Source of the DNA: Schmidtea polychroa
Taxonomy: Eukaryota
Length of the DNA: 64,000 bases
Reading direction: 5' to 3'
Assembly: GCA_044892525.1 (NCBI GenBank)
Contig: CM097887.1
Span: 74,524,001 to 74,588,000, forward strand
In this document: piece after piece, positions 23,085 through 35,300 of the stretch
Position numbering within the stretch: position 1 is the first letter of the stretch
Layout: each line of letters begins with the position of its first letter
The notes under the pieces: model-generated
Databases searched by the model: none
Told to the model about the DNA's origin: nothing
Seen by the model: only the letters and a program-made list of their open reading frames with translations
Program-made: the position numbers and the translations under genes

Positions 23085-23990
23085 TAAAAGTATAAACTAT
23101 CCTCTCAATTTCATAAAAATATGAATTATACTTATAGATTTAATTTCTTCAAAATATAAATTATAAATTTAATTTCCTAAGAATATAAATTACAAATTTA
23201 TATTGACTGAAAAATTATAAATTATAACTCTAAGTTAATTACAAAAGTATAAATTATAATCCTAATTTCATAAAAATATAAATTATAATTAGTTATAGAA
23301 GTATAAATTATAAATTTAATTTCCTAAAAATATAAATTACAAATTTACATTGACTATAAATTATAAATTATAACTCTAAGTTGATTGTAAAAGTATAAAT
23401 TATAATCTTAATTTCTTCAAAATATAAATCATGATCTTAAAAGTATAAATCATAAAATTATATTAGTCTTAGAACATAAACTATAAATTTAACTTAACCT
23501 CATAAAAATATAAATTATAAACTTAAAAGTATAAATTATAAAGTTATATTAGTTTTAAAAATATAAATTATAAACTTAACTTCATCAAAATATAAATTAT
23601 AAAATTATATTAGCTTTAAAATATAAACCATAAATTTAACTTCATAAAAATATAAATTATAAACTTAACAATATAAATTATAAAATTATATTAACTTTAG
23701 AAATATAAACTATAAATTGAACTTCACCAAATATAAATTATAAACTTAAAAGTATAAATTATAAAATTATATTAGCTTTAAAATATAAACCATAAATTTA
23801 ACTTCATAAGAATATAAATTATAAACTTAAAAGTATAAATTATAAAATTATGTTAGCTTTAAAATATAAACTATAAATTTAACTTAACTTCATAAAATAT
23901 AAATTATAAACTTAAAAGTATAAATTATAAAATTATATTAGCTTTAAAAACATAAACTATAAATTTAATTTCATAAAAATATAAAATATA
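23085..23990. repeat. Extremely AT-rich compound minisatellite (TATAAAT-based, higher-order unit about 80 bp)
   Basis: Repeated AAAAGTATAAATTATAAAATTATATTAGCTTTAAAATATAAACCATAAATTTAACTTC blocks. Confidence 0.85.
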
Positions 23991-24403
23991 AGCTACGTTA
24001 GCGATAAAAATATAATCTATAATAAGTTGTAAATATTTTATAAATACCCCCCCCCCAAGTTACGTAATCGTTGTAACAAATGTCCAAATTCATAATCTAA
24101 CTTATATATGTATATTTGAAACTTATAAAAGTATAACTTACCTTTTTCATAAGTATCCCCCTCAAACTATACATTAGTCGAGAACAATATATATAGCAAT
24201 AAATTAACTTATATATATGCAGTTATCAAACTTAATAATTCCTCAGATCACCTAACCATTAATTATTGTCTAAATACATTAATACATTATCTTTACGATA
24301 TAAATTTGGAAAATTTTGATAAATGACCCCCCTTAATTCATATAACCATTAACCACTACCTGATAGACTAATTTAGACTATTTAAAATATATGCTTAACT
24401 TAG

Positions 24404-24500
24404 TGTAATTGCATAATTAAATTTGTTTTAATATGCAGATTTTGTGATAAAAATAGAATTTAAAAAAACGTTGTGATTTCCTTGTGTCAATAAAACTTCA
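24404..24500 (+). repeat. 5' LTR (97 bp)
   Basis: TGTAATTGC...AATAAAACTTCA, identical to 27342-27438. Confidence 0.95.
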
Positions 24501-24518
24501 AGCTATCGCGGCTATATC

Positions 24519-25208
24519 ATGGACAAGATGATACCTATTTTCAATGGAGAAGGTGACGTTCAACAGTGGATTCAGAAAGTCAAGCTAGTGGCAAAAATTC
24601 AAAGAATCGTGGAGTTGGAATCAATAATTCCTTTATATCTAGATGGACCAGCTTTTGCAGTGTATCAGCATTTGAGCACAGAAGACAAAGGCAACGCATT
24701 GAAGATCGAACATGCCTTAATCGATGTCTATTCGATCGATATGTTCCAAGCTTATGACCGATTCCGTGAACGAAGGTGGTGCAATGAGCCAGTAGATGTC
24801 TATTTGAATGATCTCAAAAACTTAGCATCTCTGGCCAAGATAGATAACGAAATCATAATTAAAAGCGCATTCATAATGGGTTTGCCAGCAGTGTCATCAC
24901 AACAGTTACGATCAAATGCCAATATTCAGCAGATGTCTCTTGTTGAGGTCTTGAAACAGTCTCGTGTCTTAGTAAACTGTGACAATATGGAACTGTGTTC
25001 GGCTGTCGTTGGAAAACAAGACAAGAAAAAGAAATGCTCGTATTGCGGAAAGAATGGCCATCTAGAAGAACGTTGTTTCAAGAAACAAGGAAAGAAGTGT
25101 TGGCTATGTGCAGAAGAGGGCCACATTGCAAAGGAGTGTAGGAATTCAGAGTCGGGAAATGCCAAAGGAGTAGCGCGTGCGCCAGCGTCTACTCTAGCAC
25201 GAATATAA
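24519..25208 (+). CDS. gag: Gag with two CCHC zinc knuckles
   Basis: FNGEGDVQQWI...IPLYLDGPAFAVY capsid-like region. Knuckles CSYCGKNGHLEERC and CWLCAEEGHIAKEC. Confidence 0.93.
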   Translation: MDKMIPIFNGEGDVQQWIQKVKLVAKIQRIVELESIIPLYLDGPAFAVYQHLSTEDKGNALKIEHALIDVYSIDMFQAYDRFRERRWCNEPVDVYLNDLKNLASLAKIDNEIIIKSAFIMGLPAVSSQQLRSNANIQQMSLVEVLKQSRVLVNCDNMELCSAVVGKQDKKKKCSYCGKNGHLEERCFKKQGKKCWLCAEEGHIAKECRNSESGNAKGVARAPASTLARI

Positions 25209-27346
25209 TGGCGCTGCAGTTTATTTCAGTCATAATCAATGGGGAGTCCGTGAAAGCATTGATCGACTCGGGATGTTCCAAATCAGTTGTGTCAGCCAGA
25301 ATTGCGAAGAAAAAATTTATACGGAATGGGAGTATCATGACTGCGGATGGATCACTAGTCAAGTGTATGCGTGATGTGAAAGTTCAGCTGATCGTTGGTG
25401 GTAGTTTATTGAGTGTTAATTGTGTTTCGTTGATGAAACTACCACTTAATGTTGAAATGATTTTAAGAATGGACGTAATAGGGATGCTGGGAGGTCTTAA
25501 AATTGACAAGACCGGTGTATCTTTTCCAGGTATTGCAAACGTATCGTGCGTGGCTGAGAATCAGTTAAATGAGAATTTGCAAATTGAAGATGGTGATTTT
25601 TCGGCAGCATTCAGTGACGGCAAGTGGACGGTGAAGTGGAAATGGAAAGCAGAACCAGCTGTACTATTGAATAGAATTTCAAATTATAAAATCGATCCAA
25701 GGCTGCAGCACAAGTTTGACACGGAGATTGAACGGTGGATTCAAGAAGGATGGCTAATTCCAACGAAAGACGTTGTGTATGGAAAAATTCCGTTATTGGC
25801 AGTAGAGCAAGCAAACAAAGGAAAAGTTCGTCCAGTAATGGATTTTCGAGAACTAAATAAATATGTTAGTAGCCATACTGGACAAAGTGATGTATGTGGC
25901 GAATCATTAAGGCGATGGCGAATGATGGGTGAACAGGTAATGTTAATTGATCTTAAAAATGCTTATCTTCAGATACATGTTGATGAAGACCTATGGGAGC
26001 ACCAAAGGGTTAGTTACAAAGGGAACGGATACTTTCTAACGAGACTCGGTTTTGGTTTAAATGTGGCTCCGAAAATAATGTCAACAATATTACGGAAGGT
26101 ACTGAGTTTAAGAGAAGATATCAGGAAAGCAACGGATAGTTATATTGATGACATTATTGTCAACCAGTCAAGAATCAACGTCAATGAAGTAATAGGCCAT
26201 TTAGCAGCATACGGGCTAATTACAAAGCCACCGGAAGAGTTTGATGATGCAAGAGTGCTAGGTCTCCAGCTTCAAACAAGTATTAACGGTCGTACGTGGC
26301 ATTGTGGAAATATTTTGCCATACAGTGCGTTTACAACTATGTCAAGAAGGGAGTTATTTTCCCTCTGCGGTCAACTTGTTGGGCACTATCCCGTTGCTGG
26401 ATGGTTAAGAGTAGCAAGTAGCTATATAAAACGACACAGTGCTGGAAGTAAGTGGGATGATACGATTGGAAAAATCGCGTTAAAAATGGTTAACGAAATG
26501 ATGTATCGTGTGAAAGAGAGCGATCCCGTGACTGGTGAGTGGCACGTAAACAAGGACGGATCTACGATTGTCTGGTGCGATGCGAGCAATCTGGCATTAG
26601 GAGTTGCGTTAGAAATATCAGGAAAAATCGTCGAAGATGCATCATGGATGAGGAAGAAAAACGATTTTGCTCATATAAACCTTGCAGAGTTAGACGCTGT
26701 GATAAAGGGAATTAACTTAGCCATCAGCTGGGAAAGAAGCAACTTAGTTGTAGTAACAGATTCCGCTACCGTCAGGAGTTGGATAGATTCAGTTTTAACG
26801 GATATTGCCAGAATCCGAACTCATGGAATTGCTGAGATGCTAGTCCGAAGACGTCTGCAGATCATTTGTGAATTACGAAAAAGCTATGACTTAACGATCT
26901 CGGTCGAGTTAGTCCCGACAGATAAAAACAGAGCAGATGCACTCACAAGAGTCAGTAATAAATGGCTGACATGGAAAGGAGTTGGCGCTTGTTATACAGA
27001 AGAGAAGACACAGGACACGTCATTCCAAGTTGGCGATGCAGTTTACGTTAAACCACCAAATGCAAAGTGCACATCGACATGGGGTGAAGGGATTGTAACG
27101 AAGGTAAATTCATCGACTAGTTTCGAGATCAACGGGATTCCGCGACACTATTCCGACATACGACCGGCTGTCAACGAAGCGTCAGTGGAGAACAACGACA
27201 ATGATGGATTAACAGACGTAGACAATCCTATACTCAACTCACTTCGCCGAGATGAACGTAGAGGCAGGACGAAAAGACCTCGTTATCTTAATGATTTTGA
27301 AACCAGTTTTATCGAGAACGAAGATGAAAATCACGCGGAGATGTAA
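25208..27346 (+). CDS. pol: Pol: protease-RT-RNase H plus integrase C-terminal remnant only
   Basis: Protease LIDSG. RT VRPVMDFRELN, IDLKNAYLQI, LGFGLNVAP, YIDD. RNase H CDAS...AELDAV...TDS...ADALTR. Then directly QVGDAVYVKPP...RHYSDIRP with no HHCC or D,D35E. Confidence 0.92.
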   Translation: MALQFISVIINGESVKALIDSGCSKSVVSARIAKKKFIRNGSIMTADGSLVKCMRDVKVQLIVGGSLLSVNCVSLMKLPLNVEMILRMDVIGMLGGLKIDKTGVSFPGIANVSCVAENQLNENLQIEDGDFSAAFSDGKWTVKWKWKAEPAVLLNRISNYKIDPRLQHKFDTEIERWIQEGWLIPTKDVVYGKIPLLAVEQANKGKVRPVMDFRELNKYVSSHTGQSDVCGESLRRWRMMGEQVMLIDLKNAYLQIHVDEDLWEHQRVSYKGNGYFLTRLGFGLNVAPKIMSTILRKVLSLREDIRKATDSYIDDIIVNQSRINVNEVIGHLAAYGLITKPPEEFDDARVLGLQLQTSINGRTWHCGNILPYSAFTTMSRRELFSLCGQLVGHYPVAGWLRVASSYIKRHSAGSKWDDTIGKIALKMVNEMMYRVKESDPVTGEWHVNKDGSTIVWCDASNLALGVALEISGKIVEDASWMRKKNDFAHINLAELDAVIKGINLAISWERSNLVVVTDSATVRSWIDSVLTDIARIRTHGIAEMLVRRRLQIICELRKSYDLTISVELVPTDKNRADALTRVSNKWLTWKGVGACYTEEKTQDTSFQVGDAVYVKPPNAKCTSTWGEGIVTKVNSSTSFEINGIPRHYSDIRPAVNEASVENNDNDGLTDVDNPILNSLRRDERRGRTKRPRYLNDFETSFIENEDENHAEM

Positions 27347-27438
27347 TTGCATAATTAAATTTGTTTTAATATGCAGATTTTGTGATAAAAATAGAATTTA
27401 AAAAAACGTTGTGATTTCCTTGTGTCAATAAAACTTCA
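27342..27438 (+). repeat. 3' LTR (97 bp)
   Basis: Identical to the 5' LTR. The pol stop codon (27344-27346) lies inside it. Confidence 0.95.
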
Positions 27439-27479
27439 CTTAGATTACCTTTAAAATTATAGTTGAAAAATTTTCATCA

Positions 27480-27950
27480 GAGACCCCCACAAACCATATA
27501 GTCATCAACTACCACCTAAATATACTAAATTAGCTTATCTTAATATACATTTAACTTATATTATATTTAAAAATATAAATTGTAAATTTTTATGAATGAC
27601 CCCCCTCAAAATCATACAGTCATTACCCATTACCTAAGCATACTAAATTAACTTATCTTAATATACATTTAACTTATATTATATTTAAAAATATAAATTG
27701 TAAATTTTTATGAATGACCCCCCTCAAAATCATACAGTCATTACCCATTACCTAAGCATACTAAATTAACTTATCTTAATATATATTTAACTTATATTAT
27801 ATTTTAAAATATAAATTGAAAATTTTCATAAAGGACCCCCTTTCAAATCATGTAGCCATTAACTATTCCTTAGGTATACTGAATTGTATCATCTTCGTAT
27901 AGAGTTAAATTATATTCCATAAATTTTCGTAAATGATCCCCCCCCCATAG
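27480..27950. repeat. About 118-bp tandem satellite; degenerate units also at about 24040-24400, so the LTR element is inserted into it
   Basis: ATGACCCCCCTCAAAATCATACAGTC... recurs at 27596 and 27714, with diverged units at about 27480, 27830 and 24325. Confidence 0.8.
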
Positions 27951-27961
27951 GTAGTAATCTT

Positions 27962-28114
27962 NNNNNNNNNNNNNNNNNNNNNNNNNNNNNNNNNNNNNNN
28001 NNNNNNNNNNNNNNNNNNNNNNNNNNNNNNNNNNNNNNNNNNNNNNNNNNNNNNNNNNNNNNNNNNNNNNNNNNNNNNNNNNNNNNNNNNNNNNNNNNNN
28101 NNNNNNNNNNNNNN
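27962..28114. other. Assembly gap (further gaps at 38150-38344, 46698-46829, 47474-47650, 47828-47958)
   Basis: Runs of N. Confidence 1.
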
Positions 28115-28653
28115 TATCACTCTTATTATTATTATTACTATTATCATTATTATTATTATTATATTATTAAAATAATTATCTTTACTTCACGAAAATAAAA
28201 TTATAAAACAAATTATTGATTTTGGGATTCCCCTATCTCTAAATTTAGTTTCAATGGCCCTATCTTCCAATGAAATTACGGAAAATCACTAAAATCTATT
28301 TTTAGTAACACCCCCCCCCCTGAAAACGACATCAATATTATTAATTTAAATTATATCCATATATGTATATGTGTGGGTGTATATGTCTGTATATGTGGAT
28401 GTGTGTATGTACATACAGATTTATAAAACAACCTTATAAAAATACGATAACCTTCCCCTCAAGACCCCTGTTATGTGATGGTCACAACCCCTTTAAGGTG
28501 ATGGAACGAGGATAGAGTAGTTTACTGAAGTAATTTAGTAGAATCATTTATTAATTTATTAAAATTATTGGATTTATTTTTAACTAAATCAAAAAGAGAC
28601 TAAATTTATTTTTAACTAGATCAAAAAAAAAAAAAGAAAAACAAAGACTAAGT

Positions 28654-28947
28654 TTATTGATTTCGATCATCAAATTTATTCACATAATTGTTTCTTTGAA
28701 TCATAGTCATGCCAAGGTCCTTCGAGCACGGTTGATGGACTATCCCAATGAAATACATTTCCTGGAGTTGGAAGACTTCTGGGTAATTCCTTATTTTCTG
28801 CTTCGTTTCTTTTGGTTCAATGACTTGCATATTGATTTGACGTAATAATGTTGGATGGCCAACTATATTCCTTGCATCTATTTTTGAGTAGTCATTGTCA
28901 GATAATTCCGCCAGGAAGATTAGTTGGTGGAACTGACCTTGGGGCAA
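28654..28947 (-). pseudogene. Probable LTR-retrotransposon pol fragment (protease/RT linker)
   Basis: LIFLAELSD...IVGHPTL...KIRNYPEVF resembles the protease C-terminus to RT junction. Weak. Confidence 0.4.
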
Positions 28948-29869
28948 TCAAACCTTCGTATCTCATTGAATTATTATAAACTCGATTGCTAAGGAAATTA
29001 ATGAAGTTAATTAATTAAATTATGGAAGTTAATTACAATTTTCTCATTAGTGTTGTCAACCGATCTTTGCTCATTCGAGATGCCATAATATATTATTGAT
29101 GAATAGAATTGTTTCGAAAAATTCGGCCAAATACTAATATTCCTGAAATATTATTAAAAAGCTTAGGATATAAATATTTAATATTTTAATTTATTTACAT
29201 TATTATATCAAAACTAATTATATTGATATATTTATTCGAAAATTGTTATTTAACATTAATTACAATTAATGTAATAAAACAACGAAAATTGGAAAAACGT
29301 TAAATAACTTTAACAAAACCAAAAGTAATAATGAAATCAAAATTTCATTACTTTATTTAAAGTATTAGTTACCAACTTTTTCTAGTATTTTAAAATAATG
29401 AATTCAAGTATATTAGGAAGTTAATTTGGTCATTTGAGGAATATTATAAATTAAAAATTTGAGTAAATTAGAATTATTTACTCTTCATAAGAACTTTTAT
29501 GATTTTAATGAGTTTAAACTTCATATATTAATATTACCCATAATTTACAAGGGATATTTGGATTATGTTAAATAGGTTTTAAGTTAACTTAATTAAATTG
29601 AAATTTTCTTTTGATCAAGTTATCATGGGGAATGCATGTCATCTTTATCATTTCTATTGTTTCAGTTTATTAAGTTGTTTTTTTTTGATTATTTTCTAAT
29701 TAAATTCATTATTCTCAAACATTTCTTAAGGTATGTTTAATAAACTATGGTTATGTTTCACTTAATTTATATTCAAACATTTTAGGTGTGGTATTGTATG
29801 AACAGGTTTTAATAGATTAATGTATGATTCCTGATGACTTATGATCGTTTGAGGATAGAAAGTTTGTAT

Positions 29870-30129
29870 AGGCATAGTTGAGAAAGTAATTATAATAAGG
29901 GACCTGCGTAAATCGGACGTATATCTTCTAACGATAGTCCGTGAACCCATTAGAGTGCTCGATAATTACAGTGCAAGTAGTGCGCTCACTTTTTGCGAGC
30001 ACTCACCCTCTTGATACAGTACCAACGTTGATCGTCCAACGGGTATCAAGCGGTAAACAACGTTGTATCTTGGGTTAGGCTGGTAACAGCACTAAAGAGC
30101 AAAATTTTTGATCATCAGTAACCCACCAA
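29870..30129 (+). ncRNA. Structured repeat, copy 2
   Basis: Diverged homologue of 4490-4746. Stems GAGTGCTCG(29953-29961)/CGAGCACTC(29996-30004) and CTTGATAC(30010-30017)/GTATCAAG(30043-30050), with the same GCTG-GTAA-CAGC hairpin. Confidence 0.55.
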
Positions 30130-32335
30130 ATAATACTTTATTAAACTTTATTTTGAAAAGTTTTTGCACACACACACACACAGGAGTACGAATATAGAAT
30201 GTAATCGAGTGAAAGTGGTACCTTCTTTGCGCTTGTCAAGGGACGGGAAATGATTATTATGCACTGTCAAAAGTTGTTCAGAATTATGATAGATTTTAAT
30301 ACTTTTCTGTCTTTCTAAAAATTGTTGAATGTAATATAAAATTGTAAATTTTAACATAAAAATGTTTAATTATTTGTAATTATTTCGACCATGAATAAAT
30401 GCTGTCTAAAAGTTGGTACCTACCAATAAATACAATTAACTATAATAAATATATTTCAATAAACCATTTGACAAAATATGAAATCGTTATATACCAGCAA
30501 CAAAATAAGTTTACTTTAGGAATCATCTTCTATACACTTAAACAAATCGACAGAACAAAAGGACAAAACTAGAGACAAAACACACCACTACGACTGGAAA
30601 GATCGAATTTAGTGAAAATATTATGCGACAATATATGTTGCAAAAATTTCAATGTTATTTCTTCAAACAAGTGATAAAAGATTAAAAGTCGAACAACACA
30701 ATAATGAAACGACAATGAAAATAGGTGGGCATTTGTCAAATTCGAATACGACATCACAATTACAGCATTGATGAAATTAGACATAAGATTGAGTTGATCG
30801 GATCAAATTATTGGATCCCCCTTCATTTCTTTAACTAGCATCTACAATAGAAAAATAAATATAAAATGACTTAAATTTATTTCACAGAATAATGTGCAGA
30901 GTTTATACAACGAAAAGTTGAGACATACAAAAAAGGATTTATTCTTACAATAAAGTTAAAATGTGCTGTCCAACTTTATCAAATGCAGGCCATCTTTCAA
31001 ATGATCATCTTATTCACAAGACAAGAATTATATAATCTATATGATCTATATGATCTCAAATAAAAATGTTGGGTTTTTGGGTCGTTGGTGAAATTTAAGT
31101 TTCGCAAACTTATCCTCTGACTTCAAGTGTGTTTTTAGTTGACCCACAAATAACAAACTTCGAACAATCTAAACTTTTATTGATTATCACAATGAATTAC
31201 ACAATTTACAATGACCCGATCAATACAACACTTCTTCAGGCAACCCTACGCTTATTACAACACTTCGTGAGGAATAGCTCTAATATATGATGCCTGGAAA
31301 GGTAATTGTTAACCACTGATCTGGATTTAATTTTTGACAATTGATTTCAGTTCTTTCAATGCTTTGACTCAATACTCAATATTCTTTGATTCTTTAGTTC
31401 TCGTTTACTTAGTTTCCCTTTATCTTCTCGACAGACTCTTCAAATATGGTGACTTCTTCTCTTTATCACCCAAACTCTCAACTCTTCTACAGATAATTTT
31501 CTCCTTTTTTCTCAACAACTATTCCTCTTTTCACATTTAAATTTCTTCTGTTCACTTAACAAATTTCTTTTCTCTTTTCACTTGTGTGACTTTTTCTTAT
31601 ATAGCTCACCAATTTCTGCGGTACTAAAGATAATTTTGTTTGTTGCATTTTTAACGCCAGGAAATTCTGTATTTCGATTCAGTTTTTCCCTTTACCTTTG
31701 ACATCTGTCTAGATATGATTTGGTTTCCCTTTTCTTGCCAAGCCGATTTTCTCTGCACTCCAGTTATCTGACAAGCCATCAAGATATAATTCTTCCTCCT
31801 GTTTTGTTTTTGGAATTCGAAATTCCTTTTTCCACCTTTGTACTTATTAATTATTCATGACATTTGTTTGAATTTCTTGTTTGCTTTCTTTTGTTCGTCT
31901 TATCTTTCTCATTTCTCGTTTATTTTCACTTCCGTTTTCTTCTCCGGGTTCCTTAAATCGTACCGTTTGTCATGACGATTTTCCCCCGGGTAATTTTATT
32001 TATTTATCAATAATTTATTATTTAGGTATCCTCAACAAAAACAATGTTTTTGTTTATTAGAACTGTCTTAGTATATTAATTCGGTGTTATTTTTCCGAAA
32101 TTATCATATTTGTTGAATGAACCGTTAGACTGCGAGAGTCAATAAATTGATGCGCAGTATGTCGCTTCAAAATGACTTCAGCAGCGTAACCGTTAATCAT
32201 TAATTAATTTTGTTAATACTTGGTAAAAGAAAACCGAATGGGAAAAGTTAATATCTTAACAAAGAGAATTTGAAATTTTTATAATTTATTTTAAACATAT
32301 AAGAGTTTCTTTAAGACAAAAGGTCAAAGAACAAT

Positions 32336-35300
32336 TCAACTAATTGGGAAACGAATTATAATACTCACATCTTTCTCGGATCGTACACTTTTGAATTGTT
32401 TCAATTCATTCGCTATTTCATTACACAGCGGATTGTTTGTTTTAAACTCATCTTGACTGTCTGCTGGTTCCAATCGAAAATTCAAAACCTTAGCAGAAAA
32501 TTGACTTTCATTAGTGACTAAAACACATTGGATTTGAGATTTAAATCCTGGTGCCGAGGCGATTACCGAATAACGACCGGGAATCAAGAGCCGATAATAA
32601 TCACCTTCATTCGCTAAAATCCACAATAATCTATAAAAAATTGAAAATTTGTCTGTCAACCTGTCGTAACATGATGTAATATCGGTTCGACTTGACCAAC
32701 AGTTGTAACATTCGTAACCTTAATTACAGCGTTGGCGATTGGTTTATATTCGCTCCCACTGCGTCCAACAACCATACCCTTTATTCCAATGTGAGTCTAA
32801 ATGTTGTAAATGAAGTAATTATTTAGAATCATCGAAAATTTACAGCTTGAATGAAATTCATTAGGGATTTGTAATTCAATAGCCAAAAATCGTATAGAAA
32901 TTTCCCATCTGGAAATTTTCTGCATCCAACTTCCAAAGTTAATTCAAAGCAATTTGTTGCTAGATAATTGAAATCTTGCATTCCTAAAAATACCAAAAGT
33001 AAAAATAAGATTTTTAAAAATAATGAGAATCCATTTATAGGTAGATATAATAGATGTAGACTTAGAGATACGTTTGGATTCCCCAGTCTGCGGTTTCTCA
33101 TGGGCAACAAGGAATATAAGTTGTGGAAAATAACGGCCTGTCAAACAATTAGGAATATTCCTATTTATTATTATTGTGAAAAATTGGTTCATCTAGCAAA
33201 AGGGGGTTTGTTTTCATACCTGCACGGGCTCGGGCTTAATTTTAAAAATTAATCAAAAATATTTTCTTTATGAATTTTTAATATAATTTTATTTGCTCCA
33301 ATGATGATTTAAAATAAAATTTACGTTAGTAAATTTCCTTGCTTACATAAATTTAATTTTAATTAGCCAAAATGACATCATTTCGATACCATGGGCTTGA
33401 AAATCTAGTACAAAATTCTCGATAAATATGATTTCGTCTAATACGGTCTTTATGATTGAGCTATATTATTTTACTAAACGCCACAATATTTTAGCTTGAA
33501 TTTCTTTTTTTCGGGTAAAAATTTTATTGGCCCGTGCAACTCTCTGCTATATACATATATACTTTTGTTTAGGAACATAGCAGCTAAAGGGGTAAATGCA
33601 AACCTTGATATTTCAAAAAAGACAAATGAAATTCATCACATAGTTTATTCACGTACATTTAATTATAAATTTTAAATTTCTGAAAATATTTGGATTAATC
33701 ATATACTAATTTTTATATTAAATATACAATTAAAATTTAATCAAAATCAATTTTTTAAATATACCGTATTAGCCCGAATATAACGGACCCCGAATTTAGA
33801 AAAAAAATACTCATAAAAAAATTTAAATTAAGGGAAATTCAATCAGATAAGCGTTTGGTTAGGTAATTAAAAGTAATACATAGGTTATATTCATGACAAT
33901 AAATTTAATTAATTTAAACCAAAATTTAATAAAAATAAAATGTTAAAAATTGTCGCGTTATATTCGAGCTAATACGGTAATTTAAATATTTATTTTTAAA
34001 ACAAATATATAAATTTTAAAAAATATATACGGGATATCCTCTGATTTTAAAAGACGTAAGCCATCCTATATTCATTCTGATTTCACTTTGTAATTCCTAT
34101 TGAATTCCTATTTTGATCTATCGTCATAATATATAATAAATGAAATTTCAAAAAAAAGATAAATGCCGAGACAAAAAAATAAAAGATTTTACTGATTGTC
34201 ATCTCTAGTTGTTCCAAAGTGCCTTTCAATTTGTTCACTTGCTGAATGAATACTGAATGAATGATGATATGTGTTTGATCAAAATAGTGTTTTCCTACTT
34301 CAGACAAACAAATATAATTCTGTTTTATAATTAACTCTGTTAGCCGCAGATAACTTCTGGATATGGAAAAATAATTTCACAACAAATTCAGATTTATATC
34401 AGTTAAAGTATGGAAAAAATATCATAATTTTCGGGTTATGTTGCACATATGCACACATGATAATTTAGGAACCGTGCCAAAAAATGCAATAAACCTTTGG
34501 TGATCAAAAACATATCCAAACAATACATTCGCTAAACCACTTGCGCTATATTGATGTGCCAGGCACGTCTTGATGATTTTTTTCAGAACTGCAAGTGACG
34601 TGTATACCACGTCGATTGTATTTGTCGCAAAAACAAAAACGACGTGTTTGCAACGTTGTTGTTGTGAATAATTATTTATATTCGTGTAAATCTTTTATGT
34701 AAGACCATACCTTCGCGCTAAGCACTGGTCAAACCTCTGAGCTCGCTGACGCGGTGAGGCGTGGAAGCCTTACGATACTTTATATATTAGAGCGCGGCTC
34801 AGCTACCGAAAATTAAAATCATAGCGCAAGTGGTTAATAATAAAAAATAGAAACTGAGAATATACCTGCTTGATGTGGTTAAAGCTCCAAACAAAATTGA
34901 AATACAATTAACATAAAACTTTAAAAAAACAAATCAACAGGATATACATTCCTAAGTGGTTGTATTGGAAATGAATGTGAAATATAAAACTGTAAATGTT
35001 GCATTTATGTAACAATGGATCTTAAATCCTTACAACTACAAAATTCCGCTGAAAATGTTATTAACTTCCTATTTTGATAAATGTTGAATACCTAAACAGG
35101 AAGCTAAACAGGGTTCAGATAAAACAGTATAATTAAATTGTAATATAAAATGATAATTTTTAAAATAAAATCGAATTTTTTTACTACTCAATATAAAAAA
35201 ATCCCATTGATAATAAAGTAGTTCAATTAGTATTGCTATAGCAACATTTCTAATGTATCAGATTTGAACCAATTGAAATTCAGTTCAGATTTATCAATGA

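Larger units (their letters stand above)
24404..27438 (+). mobile_element. Compact Ty3/Gypsy LTR retrotransposon lacking the integrase core
   Basis: Identical 97-bp TG...CA LTRs. 5-bp TSD CTTAG (24399-24403, 27439-27443). Contains gag and pol ORFs. Confidence 0.95.

Noticed and set aside
24404-24520. Tf1/sushi-type self-priming of the LTR element
   Set aside because: The LTR contains no sequence complementary to the post-LTR AGCTATCGCGG.
30148-30357. Candidate terminal exon for the CPE-like gene or a neuropeptide precursor (DKRK site)
   Set aside because: The best acceptor is out of phase with the 32368 donor, and a single dibasic site is not evidence.
31300-31990. Purine-rich minus-strand region resembling a retroelement ORF1/gag
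   Set aside because: Multiple stops and no diagnostic motif, so it could not be classified.
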